Counted from the whole stretch's first letter, positions 29,869-39,290 are shown. The stretch: 60,607 nucleotides of DNA, filler included, from 6 parts of 6 records of this genome joined end to end with filler, not necessarily neighbours in it, one strand, 5' to 3'. Notes: generated from the sequence alone by a model not told the origin. Made by a program: numbers and translations.

Positions 29869-31754
29869 GATGCAACCCTTTCGTCTTTCTTAGGGGTGGG
29901 CGCGGGCGCGCATATCCGCGCGCCAAGCGTGCACGGCTGGCGTGTGTCCGGCCCGCCAAGGTCGCCGCGCTGCGGGCCACGCACCTTGGGTGCGCCCGTT
30001 TCCCAGCGCGATGCCGCTTCCGCCGCGTCCAGCACCCGGTCGAGCGACGCGGTGGTCAGTTCCTGCTGCGTATGGGTGCGCGAGCCGATCCGCATCATGT
30101 TGATGCGGCGCAGTTCGAACGGGTCCATGTCCAATGCCTCGGCGGCCATGTCCATCATGCTTTCGGTCGCGAATTGCGCCTGCATGCCACCGAAGGTGCG
30201 GAACGCACCGGACGGCGTGTTGTTGGTGTAGACCACCTTGGTATCGACCTTGAGGTTGTGCACTTCGTAAGGACCGCAGGACAGGATCGCCGCCTTGCGC
30301 ATCACGCCTTCGCTCGACATCCCGTAGGCACCGCCATCGCTGAGCATGTCGAACTCGATTGCGGTGATCTCGCCCGACCACTTCAGGCCCATCTTGTAAT
30401 TTACCCGGGACGGATGGCGCTTGGCGCTTGCGACGATGCTTTCCTCTCGGGTGAAGTTGATCTGCACCGGGCGATGCGTCTTCATCGCCGCCAGCGCCAA
30501 CATACCCTGGTAGATCATGTCTTCCTTGCCGCCAAAACCACCGCCCACGGGGCTCATGATGAAGCGCACCTTGTTGATCGGCAGATCGAGGATATGGGCC
30601 AGCATATGGCGGTGATGGGTGATGTTCTGCGAGGGCGAAAGCACGGTCACCACGTCGTCATGATCGACATAGGCGATGCCCGCTTCCGGCTCCAGATAGG
30701 CATGTTCCACCTGTTGGGTGGTGAACACGTCTTCAAGGATCAGGTCGGCTTCGGCAAACCCCTTCTCGATGTCGCCCTTGCGCACCGGGATATGCTTGAT
30801 GACGTTGTCGGCAGCATAGTCGTGGATCACCGGCGCGCCGGGTTTCAGCGCATCTTCGGGCGCGTAGATGCCCGGCAGTTCCTCGTACTCGACCTTGATC
30901 TTCGCCAGCGCACGTCGCGCGGTGACAAGATCCTCGGCGGCAACGGCAGCAACCGCCTCGCCGAAGTGGCGCACCTTGCCGCGCGCCATCACCGGCTGGT
31001 CATGGACAAAGACGCCAAAGCCATCCGTGCCGGGGACATCCGCCGCAGTAATCACGCAGGCGACGCCATCCAGCGCTTCGGCTTCACTGGTGTCGATGGA
31101 CACGATCCGCGCATGGGGAAACGGCGCACGCAAAACCTGCATTTGCAGCATGTCCACCATCTTGATGTCAGCGGCGTATTTCAGGCGGCCCGAGACTTTC
31201 GACGGCGCATCCAGGCGGCGCACATTGGCCCCGATGAAGGACTCTCCCGTCGCGTCTTCGTCCAGCGCGGTTTCCGGCAAGCGGCCTGCGATCACGTCGC
31301 GGGCGATCTCGACCGCCTCGAAAATCTTGGTGTAACCGGTGCAGCGGCAGATATTGCCGCCAAGGCGTTCCTTGATCTCTTCGATCCCAGCCTCGGGGTT
31401 TTCGCGCAAGGCAGAGGTCGCGGCCATCACCATGCCGGGGATGCAATAGCCGCACTGGCTTGCCCCGGTCTTGTGGAAGGCCTGCTGCACCGGGGTGAGC
31501 GAGCCGGGGCGCGCAAGCCCCTCGATGGTTTCGATCTTCGCGCCATCAGCCTTGGCCGCTGGCATCAGGCAGGATTTCACCAGCTTGCCATCCACGAAGA
31601 CGGAACAGGTGCCGCATTCGCCCGCGCCGCAGCCTTCCTTGGTGCCGGTGAGGTTCAGATCCTCGCGCAGGAAGTCCAGAAGGCGTTTATGCGGCTCGGT
31701 CTGCTTGGCGACCTTGCGGCCGTTCACATCCATGGTCAGGTCGATCTTAGGCAT
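29865..31754 (-). CDS. Molybdenum hydroxylase: [2Fe-2S]2 domain fused to the N-terminal half of the Mo-binding subunit
   Basis: GCGAGECGTC, QCGYC, NICRCTGY, then HAYLEP, GGGFGGK, SGAFRTFG. Confidence 0.92.
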   Translation of the reverse strand: MPKIDLTMDVNGRKVAKQTEPHKRLLDFLREDLNLTGTKEGCGAGECGTCSVFVDGKLVKSCLMPAAKADGAKIETIEGLARPGSLTPVQQAFHKTGASQCGYCIPGMVMAATSALRENPEAGIEEIKERLGGNICRCTGYTKIFEAVEIARDVIAGRLPETALDEDATGESFIGANVRRLDAPSKVSGRLKYAADIKMVDMLQMQVLRAPFPHARIVSIDTSEAEALDGVACVITAADVPGTDGFGVFVHDQPVMARGKVRHFGEAVAAVAAEDLVTARRALAKIKVEYEELPGIYAPEDALKPGAPVIHDYAADNVIKHIPVRKGDIEKGFAEADLILEDVFTTQQVEHAYLEPEAGIAYVDHDDVVTVLSPSQNITHHRHMLAHILDLPINKVRFIMSPVGGGFGGKEDMIYQGMLALAAMKTHRPVQINFTREESIVASAKRHPSRVNYKMGLKWSGEITAIEFDMLSDGGAYGMSSEGVMRKAAILSCGPYEVHNLKVDTKVVYTNNTPSGAFRTFGGMQAQFATESMMDMAAEALDMDPFELRRINMMRIGSRTHTQQELTTASLDRVLDAAEAASRWETGAPKVRGPQRGDLGGPDTRQPCTLGARICAPAPTPKKDERVAS

Positions 31755-32667
31755 TCTCGGTCTCCCCGAAATTCTTGAACTTGGCGCCGATTTCCGGCTG
31801 GTTGGCGAGCGCCTCTTCCAGCCCGGCGCGCAGGAAATTCACCACAACGTCACGCCGGTATTCCTTGCGGCTGCGCGATCCGACCGCGTCTGCGGCGCTT
31901 TGGGCCACCCGCTGGATCAACTCTTGGGTGATGCGTTCGCCCTTGAGCCGGCGTTCAGCCTCGCGCAGGCGGATCGGGCGCGGCCCAACCCCACCCAAGG
32001 CAAGCCGGACGTCTTCGAATACGCTGCCGGTGCTGTCAGCGCGGACCAGTGCAGCGCAGCAGGCGACCGAGATCACCAAGGACCGGCGCTGCCCCACCTT
32101 CTGAAACGACCCACCGTAACCGTAGGCGCTGTCCAGGGTAACGGCGGTGGCGATTTCGCCCGGTTGAATGGTTGTCCGACCCGGGCCTTCGATGAAGTCC
32201 ACGACCGGAACGGACCGGCGGCGCACGGCATGGTCTTCGAGACGCGTCAGTTCGATCTCGCCGTTCAACGCCACGACCGGGGGGGTGCCATCGGCAACCG
32301 GTGAAGCGTTCACCAGATTGCCGATGACGGTAGCCTGTTCACGGATCTGATCGTCGGCAAACCAGATCGCGCAGTAGGGCATGCAGGGAAGATTGGTCAT
32401 CAGGGTGCGGTCTGTCAGGAAATCCTGATAGACGGTCGCCGCCCCCAGACGAATGCGCCCCTTGTCACAGGAATAGCCCTTCAGTTCAAGAATCTTCGTG
32501 ACGTCGATCAGCGCCGGGATCTCGACATCCCCCGCCCTGCCCTCGCGGGCCCATGGCAGAATATCGGTGGCGCCAGAGACGAGCCGGCTGCCTTCAGGCG
32601 CATCGGCCCACAAGCTCAGGGCCTCTTCGAGGCTTTTCGGAACGTGGTAGCTTTCACAAATCAGCAT
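31747..32667 (-). CDS. Molybdenum hydroxylase FAD-binding subunit (CoxM/XdhB-like)
   Basis: SGATD, QIREQATVIGNLVNASPVAD, VRLALGGVGP; start at ATG 32667 after AAGGAG. Confidence 0.9.
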   Translation of the reverse strand: MLICESYHVPKSLEEALSLWADAPEGSRLVSGATDILPWAREGRAGDVEIPALIDVTKILELKGYSCDKGRIRLGAATVYQDFLTDRTLMTNLPCMPYCAIWFADDQIREQATVIGNLVNASPVADGTPPVVALNGEIELTRLEDHAVRRRSVPVVDFIEGPGRTTIQPGEIATAVTLDSAYGYGGSFQKVGQRRSLVISVACCAALVRADSTGSVFEDVRLALGGVGPRPIRLREAERRLKGERITQELIQRVAQSAADAVGSRSRKEYRRDVVVNFLRAGLEEALANQPEIGAKFKNFGETENA

Positions 32668-32689
32668 GGCTCGTCTCCTTCGCGCGCGG

Positions 32690-33853
32690 TTATTCCGCTG
32701 CGACCTTGCCGGCTTCGGCGTGCTTGTTCTTGACCACGACCTTGATGGCATCCTCGACCCGGTCCTTGGCATAGCGCAGGGCCTCCTGGAGGTCGGTCAT
32801 GTCGAAGGTGTGGGTGTGGATCAGCGTGGCATCGAACCGCTTCTGACGCATGAAGGCCTCGGCCCGGTGCGTAGCGGTCTTGCCCTCGCCGCGGATGCCG
32901 TAGAGGTAGATGTTGTTGCGCACCAGATACGCCACATCAACCGGCGCGTCAGACCCGGGGAAGGCCGCAAGGCAGATCTTGCCGCCCCGGTTGAGCATCT
33001 GCGCAGCCTCGTTCAGGCCATTGGGGGCACCGGCGCATTCGACGACGTAATCAACACCCTTCCCGCCGGTCAGCTCGCGGACCTTTTCGACCGCGTTCTC
33101 GTTGCGCACATTGATCACGTGATCAGCGCCCAGTTGCTTTCCGATTTCCAGACGATTGTCGCGGGTGCCGGTCAGGATCACCGGTTGCGCGCCAAGCGCC
33201 TTGGCCACGGCCGCGCCCATCAGTCCGATCGGGCCGGGACCAGTGACGACGACGCTTTCGCCAGCAACAAGACCGCCAAGCTCCGTCAGTCCGTACATCG
33301 CTGTACCGGCGGTCACGACCAGCGTGGCCTCTTCGTCCGACATGGTGTCATGCACATGCACCAGCGTGTTGATGTTGTTGACCGCGTATTCGGCAAACCC
33401 GCCATCGGTGGTGAAGCCGTTGGCGCGGTGGCCCTTGTCAACGTCGCCGTAATTCTTCCCGTAGTTATGGCACGAGGTGTACATGCCCTGGCGACACCGC
33501 TTGCATTGACCACAGCCCGCGTGGATCTCGACTGTGACGCGTTCGCCAATCTCATACTCATCGACACCGGGTCCAAGCGCCACGACCGTTCCCATGTATT
33601 CATGACCGGGGGTGAAGTTCTTGTTGAACGGGTCGCCGCCATGGATCTGGGCGGGGGGGCCGTGATGGATGATTTCCAGATCTGTCGCACAGATCGCAAC
33701 CGCGTCGATACGCACGAGGACTTCCGCCTTGGCCGGCACCGGAACCGGCTTGTCCGCAAGCGTCAGTTCACCGGGATCGCCCAGAACCCAGGCTTTCATC
33801 GTCTCGGGCACCGGGTAATCCGGGCTGGTTTTCACATTGGCGGGAAGGGTCAT
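32690..33853 (-). CDS. Zn-dependent alcohol/polyol dehydrogenase (MDR family)
   Basis: CATD, GHE, structural Zn CGQCKRC...C, GPGPIG. Confidence 0.92.
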   Translation of the reverse strand: MTLPANVKTSPDYPVPETMKAWVLGDPGELTLADKPVPVPAKAEVLVRIDAVAICATDLEIIHHGPPAQIHGGDPFNKNFTPGHEYMGTVVALGPGVDEYEIGERVTVEIHAGCGQCKRCRQGMYTSCHNYGKNYGDVDKGHRANGFTTDGGFAEYAVNNINTLVHVHDTMSDEEATLVVTAGTAMYGLTELGGLVAGESVVVTGPGPIGLMGAAVAKALGAQPVILTGTRDNRLEIGKQLGADHVINVRNENAVEKVRELTGGKGVDYVVECAGAPNGLNEAAQMLNRGGKICLAAFPGSDAPVDVAYLVRNNIYLYGIRGEGKTATHRAEAFMRQKRFDATLIHTHTFDMTDLQEALRYAKDRVEDAIKVVVKNKHAEAGKVAAE

Positions 33854-33885
33854 GTTCTGTCCTCCTATTGGGTTGATTTCGGCTG

Positions 33886-34788
33886 CTAACGTTGCGCGTT
33901 TCGCAGCTTGTTCGAGAATGTGTTGGCAGCCTCGATCATCTGGCGGATAAGCTCTGCCTTGCGATCCTCCGAGGCGTCCTGCGCGGGCATCGTCGCTGAA
34001 ATCGAGGCCACGACCGCGCCACCGCCTTCGCGGATGGCGGACCCGATGCAGACCACGCCTTCGCGCAGTTCCTCGTTGTCGATCGCGTATTTGAACCGGC
34101 GCACCGTGCGCAGTTCCTCGACGATACCGGAAAGAGTGGTGATGGTGTTCGGGGTGTAGGATTTCAGCCCGTTGGCAGAAATAATGCGGACCAGTTCTGT
34201 GTCAGGAATCCAGGCAAGGATCGCCTTGCCGGTCGCGGTAGCATGAAGCGCGGTCATCTTCTCGACCTCGCTTGGCTCGTGCATGGAAGAAGACGGCCCG
34301 GGAAAGCTGATCTTTGTCAGCAATGACGTTTCACTCAGCACGGCCAGTTGCACGCCAAGACCAAGCTGCTGACCAAGCCTGCGCAGATCCTCTCTCAACA
34401 ACACGGCCGGATCGGATTCATGTTCAAGCGCTTCCAGCAATTCGCCGACCTTCGGACCAAGCGCGTAGCCACGACTGCGGCTGAGATGGGTCAGATATCC
34501 ACGCGCCACCAGGGTCATGATCAGGTGATGACAGGTCGAGGCATTCAGGCCCGCCCGCTCGGACAATTCCGACAGCGTGATCCCATCCAGTTCCCGAGCC
34601 GCAAGTTCCAAAAGCGTCAGGGCCCGATCTACAGATTGAATCGTCCGTCCCGCCTTCGGCAGCGATTTTGATCCGTCCTTTGCCACACCTGCAACGGGCG
34701 TTCCGGGGATCCTCAGATGTCGGTCGATCTTGATTGTCACGATGTGTCCTCCTCCGTCAGGGTTTTCCATATTTGGCATTCTAGGCAA
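33886..34788 (-). CDS. IclR-family transcriptional regulator
   Basis: IQSVDRALTLLE HTH; HATATGKAILA, YTPNTIT, DNEE. Confidence 0.92.
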   Translation of the reverse strand: MPRMPNMENPDGGGHIVTIKIDRHLRIPGTPVAGVAKDGSKSLPKAGRTIQSVDRALTLLELAARELDGITLSELSERAGLNASTCHHLIMTLVARGYLTHLSRSRGYALGPKVGELLEALEHESDPAVLLREDLRRLGQQLGLGVQLAVLSETSLLTKISFPGPSSSMHEPSEVEKMTALHATATGKAILAWIPDTELVRIISANGLKSYTPNTITTLSGIVEELRTVRRFKYAIDNEELREGVVCIGSAIREGGGAVVASISATMPAQDASEDRKAELIRQMIEAANTFSNKLRNAQR

Positions 34789-34817
34789 GCAATTTTGATT
34801 ATGTCGCCTTTAATTCG

Positions 34818-35051
34818 ATATTGTGAAATTATTGTATGCACTTCCGATATGCCATTTTGGGTATGTTCAAGGTATATATTGTTGTATTTGAGTGTATTAG
34901 GGAGGATCCGTTCAAAGCGGCATCAATGATGCGCCTTCACTCTACCAACGATTGATCACCCTGCCGTCCATGGGGTTCTGCGTCGGATTTCAGCCGACGA
35001 TTCTACCTTCTGTGAGCTTCTCAATCGTCTATTTTCATATTGTGAAATTAT
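34818..35051. promoter_or_regulatory. Two identical 15-nt operator-like sites in the divergent IclR/BLUF intergenic region
   Basis: ATATTGTGAAATTAT at 34818-34832 and 35037-35051; the second overlaps the imperfect palindrome TTTCATATTGTGAAA. Confidence 0.6.
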
Positions 35052-35260
35052 GAGGTGCGCAGAAGATATTTCTTGCGGCAGGCCTTAGACTCAGCCCAAT
35101 GCGCGGATCTGTTCGGCCCTTCGGAAGACCACGCCACCGTCACGCCGCATCGGCAAATCCTTGCTTGAGGGCTGAAACAGGCACACTAGGTCTGACAGGA
35201 CGGATAACCGCAAACGCCCGACACGCCGACCCCTGCATGGCAATTGAGGAGCATCGACCG

Positions 35261-35692
35261 ATGAAATACATCGCCTACGTCAGCCAAGCCAAAAGGCCCT
35301 TCCCGCAGGATGACCTTGCCGGGCTTCTTGCGCATAGCCGGCAACGCAACGCCGCAGACGAGATTACAGGCTGTCTTGTCTACCGCTACAACGACGATTT
35401 CGACCGCGGTAATTTTCTACAGGTTCTGGAAGGCCCCGAAGCCGCCATCGACGACGTCTGGAAACGAATCTCGGAGGACAGGCGTCACCATACGATCGTC
35501 GTCATTGATGAAGCATCCATCGAAGATCGCATGTTTTCCAATTGGTCCATGGGGTTCAAGGACGTCGATGCCAGCGATCTCGCGAATGTAGAGGGCTTCG
35601 CCGATCTTGGAAGCGACGCATTCTGGGTGCGCGTGAAAGAAAACAACCTGTCAAACGGCTTGCAACTGCTGAGGAGCTTTTACGAAGGCTGA
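35261..35692 (+). CDS. Stand-alone BLUF-domain blue-light sensor
   Basis: YVS, SRQRN..DEITGCL, FLQVLEG, DRRH, RMFSNWSMGF: conserved Tyr, Asn, Gln, Trp and Met present; GAGGAG RBS before ATG 35261. Confidence 0.92.
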   Translation: MKYIAYVSQAKRPFPQDDLAGLLAHSRQRNAADEITGCLVYRYNDDFDRGNFLQVLEGPEAAIDDVWKRISEDRRHHTIVVIDEASIEDRMFSNWSMGFKDVDASDLANVEGFADLGSDAFWVRVKENNLSNGLQLLRSFYEG

Positions 35693-35922
35693 CGAACCGA
35701 ACCGTGGGTGTGCCAGGTTTGCTCAACGGCCGCACCGGCAGAAACTCCCCTCGCGGGCGCGAACTTGGAAGATCCAAGGCCCGCTGTGAGAAAACTATGG
35801 GGTGTGCGGGACTTGTCAGCCCGACCTCCTGTTCTCGTGCAGCGCAGAAAGGTGGTCACATAATCAGCCACACCCCACTGTTCCGTCGGGCCTGATGAAA
35901 CTTGCGATGTGCTGAAGGATTT

Positions 35923-35950
35923 TGGTGCCCAGGAGAGGACTCGAACCTCC
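35923..35950 (-). tRNA. 3' end (T arm, acceptor stem, CCA) of a tRNA, probably tRNA-Leu; truncated, or an att-site duplicate
   Basis: Minus strand reads GGAGGTTCGAGTCCTCTCCTGGGCACCA; the anticodon is not visible, so Leu is from recalled similarity only. Confidence 0.8.
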
Positions 35951-36050
35951 NNNNNNNNNNNNNNNNNNNNNNNNNNNNNNNNNNNNNNNNNNNNTTAATT
36001 AATTAANNNNNNNNNNNNNNNNNNNNNNNNNNNNNNNNNNNNNNNNNNNN
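35951..36050. other. Artificial contig linker
   Basis: 44 N + TTAATTAATTAA + 44 N. Confidence 0.99.
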
Positions 36051-36238
36051 TCAGAAGGTTCCTGTTCCTGTGTGTTGAAAACCCGAATCCATCCTGAATT
36101 CATGCACTTGCAATTTGGCTTAATCGGCTATTTGCGTGCAGCTTATTTCCCCCGTTTCCTTGCGAAAACCGCTTTGATTTGCCAGTCTTTAATAATGTAA
36201 CAATGGATTAACGTAAAATAACGAGCGGAGACAACCCG

Positions 36239-37267
36239 ATGAGCAGCACAAGTAAATTCAGGAAACTGGCTGGTATTTCAGCGCTGGCATTTGCCGGCCT
36301 GACCGCGGCAAATGCCGTGAATGCCGCCAATTGGCGCTACGCCCATGAAGAATACGAAGGCGACGTTCAGGACGTATTCGCGTACAAGTTCAAGGAATAC
36401 ATTGAAGAGAATTCCGACCACACCCTGCAGATTTACCGTTTCGGTGAGCTGGGTGAGTCTGACGACATCATGGAACAAACCCAGGCCGGTATCCTGAACT
36501 TTGTAAACCAGTCTCCTGGCTTTACCGGCTCTCTGATCCCAGAAGCGCAGATCTTCTTTATCCCGTACCTCATGCCCACCGAAATGGATACCGTGATCGA
36601 GTTCTTCCGCGAGAGTGAGGCCATCAATGAGGACTTCCCGGAGCTGTATTCTGAAAAAGGTCTTGAGCTGCTGAAGATGTACCCGGAAGGGGAAATGGTA
36701 GTGACCGTTGATGAGCCGGTGACCTCTCCGGAAGACTTCAACAACAAGAAGATCCGGGTAATGACCAACCCGCTTCTGTCCGAGACCTACTCTGCGTTTG
36801 GTGCTACCCCAACCCCGCTGCCATGGGGTGAAGTATACGGTGCGTTGCAGACCAACATGATCCAGGGTCAGGAGAACCCGATTTTCTGGATTGAGTCAGG
36901 TGGTCTGTATGAGGTTTCCCCGAACCTGGTATTCACCGGCCACGGCTGGTTCACCACCGCCATGATGGCGAACCAGAACTTCTACGAAGGCCTGTCTGAT
37001 GAGGACAAGAAGCTGGTTCAGGATGCCGCCGATTACGCCTTCGAGGAAATCATCGTGCACATTGATGGTCTGGCGGACGAGGCCCTGGAAAAGATCCAGT
37101 CCAACAGCGACGAAGTTACCGTGACCCGTCTGACTGACGAACAGATCGAAGCCTTCAAGGCCCGCGCACCACAGGTGGAAGAGAAGTTCATCGAAATGAC
37201 CGGTGAGCGTGGTAAAGAGCTGCTGGAGCAGTTCAAGGAAGATCTGAAAGAAGTTCAGAGCGACTGA
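36239..37267 (+). CDS. teaA: Ectoine/hydroxyectoine TRAP transporter substrate-binding protein
   Basis: NWRYAHEEYEGDVQDVF, GQENPIFWIESGGLYEV as recalled for Halomonas TeaA; operon ends in a USP gene. Confidence 0.9.
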   Translation: MSSTSKFRKLAGISALAFAGLTAANAVNAANWRYAHEEYEGDVQDVFAYKFKEYIEENSDHTLQIYRFGELGESDDIMEQTQAGILNFVNQSPGFTGSLIPEAQIFFIPYLMPTEMDTVIEFFRESEAINEDFPELYSEKGLELLKMYPEGEMVVTVDEPVTSPEDFNNKKIRVMTNPLLSETYSAFGATPTPLPWGEVYGALQTNMIQGQENPIFWIESGGLYEVSPNLVFTGHGWFTTAMMANQNFYEGLSDEDKKLVQDAADYAFEEIIVHIDGLADEALEKIQSNSDEVTVTRLTDEQIEAFKARAPQVEEKFIEMTGERGKELLEQFKEDLKEVQSD

Positions 37268-37279
37268 ACCTCGCCAAAC

Positions 37280-37308
37280 GGTTGCCCCCGCTCCGGCGGG
37301 TGGCAACC
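37280..37308 (+). other. Stem-loop between teaA and teaB (possible mRNA-stabilising element)
   Basis: GGTTGCCCCCGC-TCCG-GCGGG(T)GGCAACC, 12-bp stem with one bulge, no U tract. Confidence 0.55.
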
Positions 37309-37373
37309 CAGCTTTAACCCCGCCCCGCCGGGGATTCTTCCCGCCGGGAGCGACATGTTCTGGAGCAGAATCC

Positions 37374-37967
37374 ATGTCCGAGAATTCCCCGGAGATCGAA
37401 GACGATACCGGTCACTATGAGTCCGGCTTGCCCGGCTTTCTGGGCACGATTGACGTCTGGATTTCAAAAATTGAAGCCGTCATGCTCGCCGCTGGCGTGA
37501 TTCTGATGGCGGTAAACACCTGCGCCAATGTTATTGCCCGTTTCGTGTTCAGCGAGGGCCTGTTTTTCTCCGGTGAAATCAACCGGATTCTGATCATTCT
37601 GATTACCTTTGCGGGCATTGGCTACGCCGCCCGGCACGGCCGCCATATCCGCATGTCCGCCATGTACGATGCCTTCCCGACCAAGGGCCGCAAGGTACTG
37701 ATGATCATCATCGCCCTGTTTACCTCCGTGGTCATGTTTTTCCTGTGCTATCACTCCTTCGAGTATATCCAGACCCTGTACAGCCGAGGTCGGATTTTGC
37801 CAGCGCTTGGTTTTGAGATCTGGTGGATTTACATCTGGGCCCCTGTCGGTTTCGCCATTACCGGCATCCAGTACCTGCTGACCGCCATCAAGAACTTCAC
37901 CACCAAAGACGTGTACCTGTCGACGGGTGTGGTGGATGGCTACGCCGATACTGAAACCGAAGTCTGA
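37374..37967 (+). CDS. teaB: TRAP transporter small permease
   Basis: Four TM segments, NVIARF, GRHIRM (DctQ family); operon position. Confidence 0.88.
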   Translation: MSENSPEIEDDTGHYESGLPGFLGTIDVWISKIEAVMLAAGVILMAVNTCANVIARFVFSEGLFFSGEINRILIILITFAGIGYAARHGRHIRMSAMYDAFPTKGRKVLMIIIALFTSVVMFFLCYHSFEYIQTLYSRGRILPALGFEIWWIYIWAPVGFAITGIQYLLTAIKNFTTKDVYLSTGVVDGYADTETEV

Positions 37968-38003
37968 AGCAGCGTGAACCCATAGGTTAAGGAAAGACAC
38001 ACC

Positions 38004-39290
38004 ATGGCAACTATTATGATGATCGTCATGATCGGGCTGCTGCTTCTGGGCTTCCCGATGATGATTCCGCTAACCACTGCTGCCGTCATCGGCTTCGTTA
38101 TGATGTTCGATGGCTTCGGGCAGATGGGCACATTCATCCAGCAGATGATGGGTGGCATCCGGCCAGCGTCGTTGATTGCGGTACCCATGTTCATTCTGGC
38201 GGCCGATATCATGACCCGGGGCCAGTCTGCGGACCGCCTGATCAATATGGTCATGGCCTTTATCGGCCACATCAAAGGTGGCCTCGCCATCAGTACCGCC
38301 ACCTCGTGCACCCTGTTCGGGGCGGTGTCTGGCTCAACCCAGGCCACCGTGGTTGCCGTAGGCTCACCGCTGCGCCCGAAAATGCTCAAGGCTGGCTACT
38401 CCGATCCGTTCACGCTGGCTCTGATTATCAACGCCAGTGATATCGCCTTCCTGATCCCTCCCAGCATCGGCATGATCATCTACGGGGTCATCTCGGAAAC
38501 CTCCATTGCCGAGCTGTTCATTGCGGGTATCGGCCCGGGCATCCTGATTTTGTTCATGTTCTCGATCTACTGCCTGATCTACGCCTACAAGAACGATGTT
38601 CCGACGGAAGCCAAGGCCAGCTGGAAAGAACGGGCGATGTCAGTCAGGGATGCCTCCTGGCCCCTGATGTTCCCGGTGATCATTGTCGGCGGTATCTACG
38701 GCGGCATTTTCAGCCCCACAGAAGCAGCAGCAGTCTGCGTGCTCTACGCCTTCCTGCTGGAGTTTGTGGTCTTCCGGTCACTGAAACTGAACGACATTTA
38801 CAAGATTGCCAAATCCACCGGGCTGATCACGGCTGTGGTGTTCATTCTGGTGGCCGTGGGTAATGGCTTCTCCTGGATCATTTCCTTTGCCCAGATTCCC
38901 CAGGCCATCCTGGAAGCGGTGGGCGTCAACGAGGCCGGGCCTGTGGGCGTGCTGATTGCCATCTGTGTGGCTTTCTTCATCGCCTGTATGTTCGTCGATC
39001 CCATCGTGGTTATCCTGGTGCTGACACCGATCTTTGCGCCGGCCATTCAGGCCACCGGGCTGGATCCGGTGCTTGTCGGTGTGCTGATTACCCTGCAGGT
39101 GGCCATCGGTTCTGCCACGCCACCCTTTGGCTGCGACATTTTCACCGCCATTGCCATCTTCAAACGGCCCTACATGGAAGTTATCCGGGGTACGCCTCCG
39201 TTCATTTTCATGCTGGTGGCGGCTGCCGGCCTGATCATCGCCTTCCCGGATATTGCCCTGTTCCTGCGTGACATCGCGTTCAGGGACTAG
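38004..39290 (+). CDS. teaC: TRAP transporter large permease
   Basis: AVPMFILA, FGAVSGS, IPPSI, TPPFG (DctM family). Confidence 0.9.
   Translation: MATIMMIVMIGLLLLGFPMMIPLTTAAVIGFVMMFDGFGQMGTFIQQMMGGIRPASLIAVPMFILAADIMTRGQSADRLINMVMAFIGHIKGGLAISTATSCTLFGAVSGSTQATVVAVGSPLRPKMLKAGYSDPFTLALIINASDIAFLIPPSIGMIIYGVISETSIAELFIAGIGPGILILFMFSIYCLIYAYKNDVPTEAKASWKERAMSVRDASWPLMFPVIIVGGIYGGIFSPTEAAAVCVLYAFLLEFVVFRSLKLNDIYKIAKSTGLITAVVFILVAVGNGFSWIISFAQIPQAILEAVGVNEAGPVGVLIAICVAFFIACMFVDPIVVILVLTPIFAPAIQATGLDPVLVGVLITLQVAIGSATPPFGCDIFTAIAIFKRPYMEVIRGTPPFIFMLVAAAGLIIAFPDIALFLRDIAFRD

Noticed and set aside
20718-31778. Long plus-strand ORFs (20718-22463, 25649-27163, 28447-30231, 30072-31778)
   Set aside because: Antisense shadows of clear minus-strand genes in high-GC DNA, with no recognisable motifs
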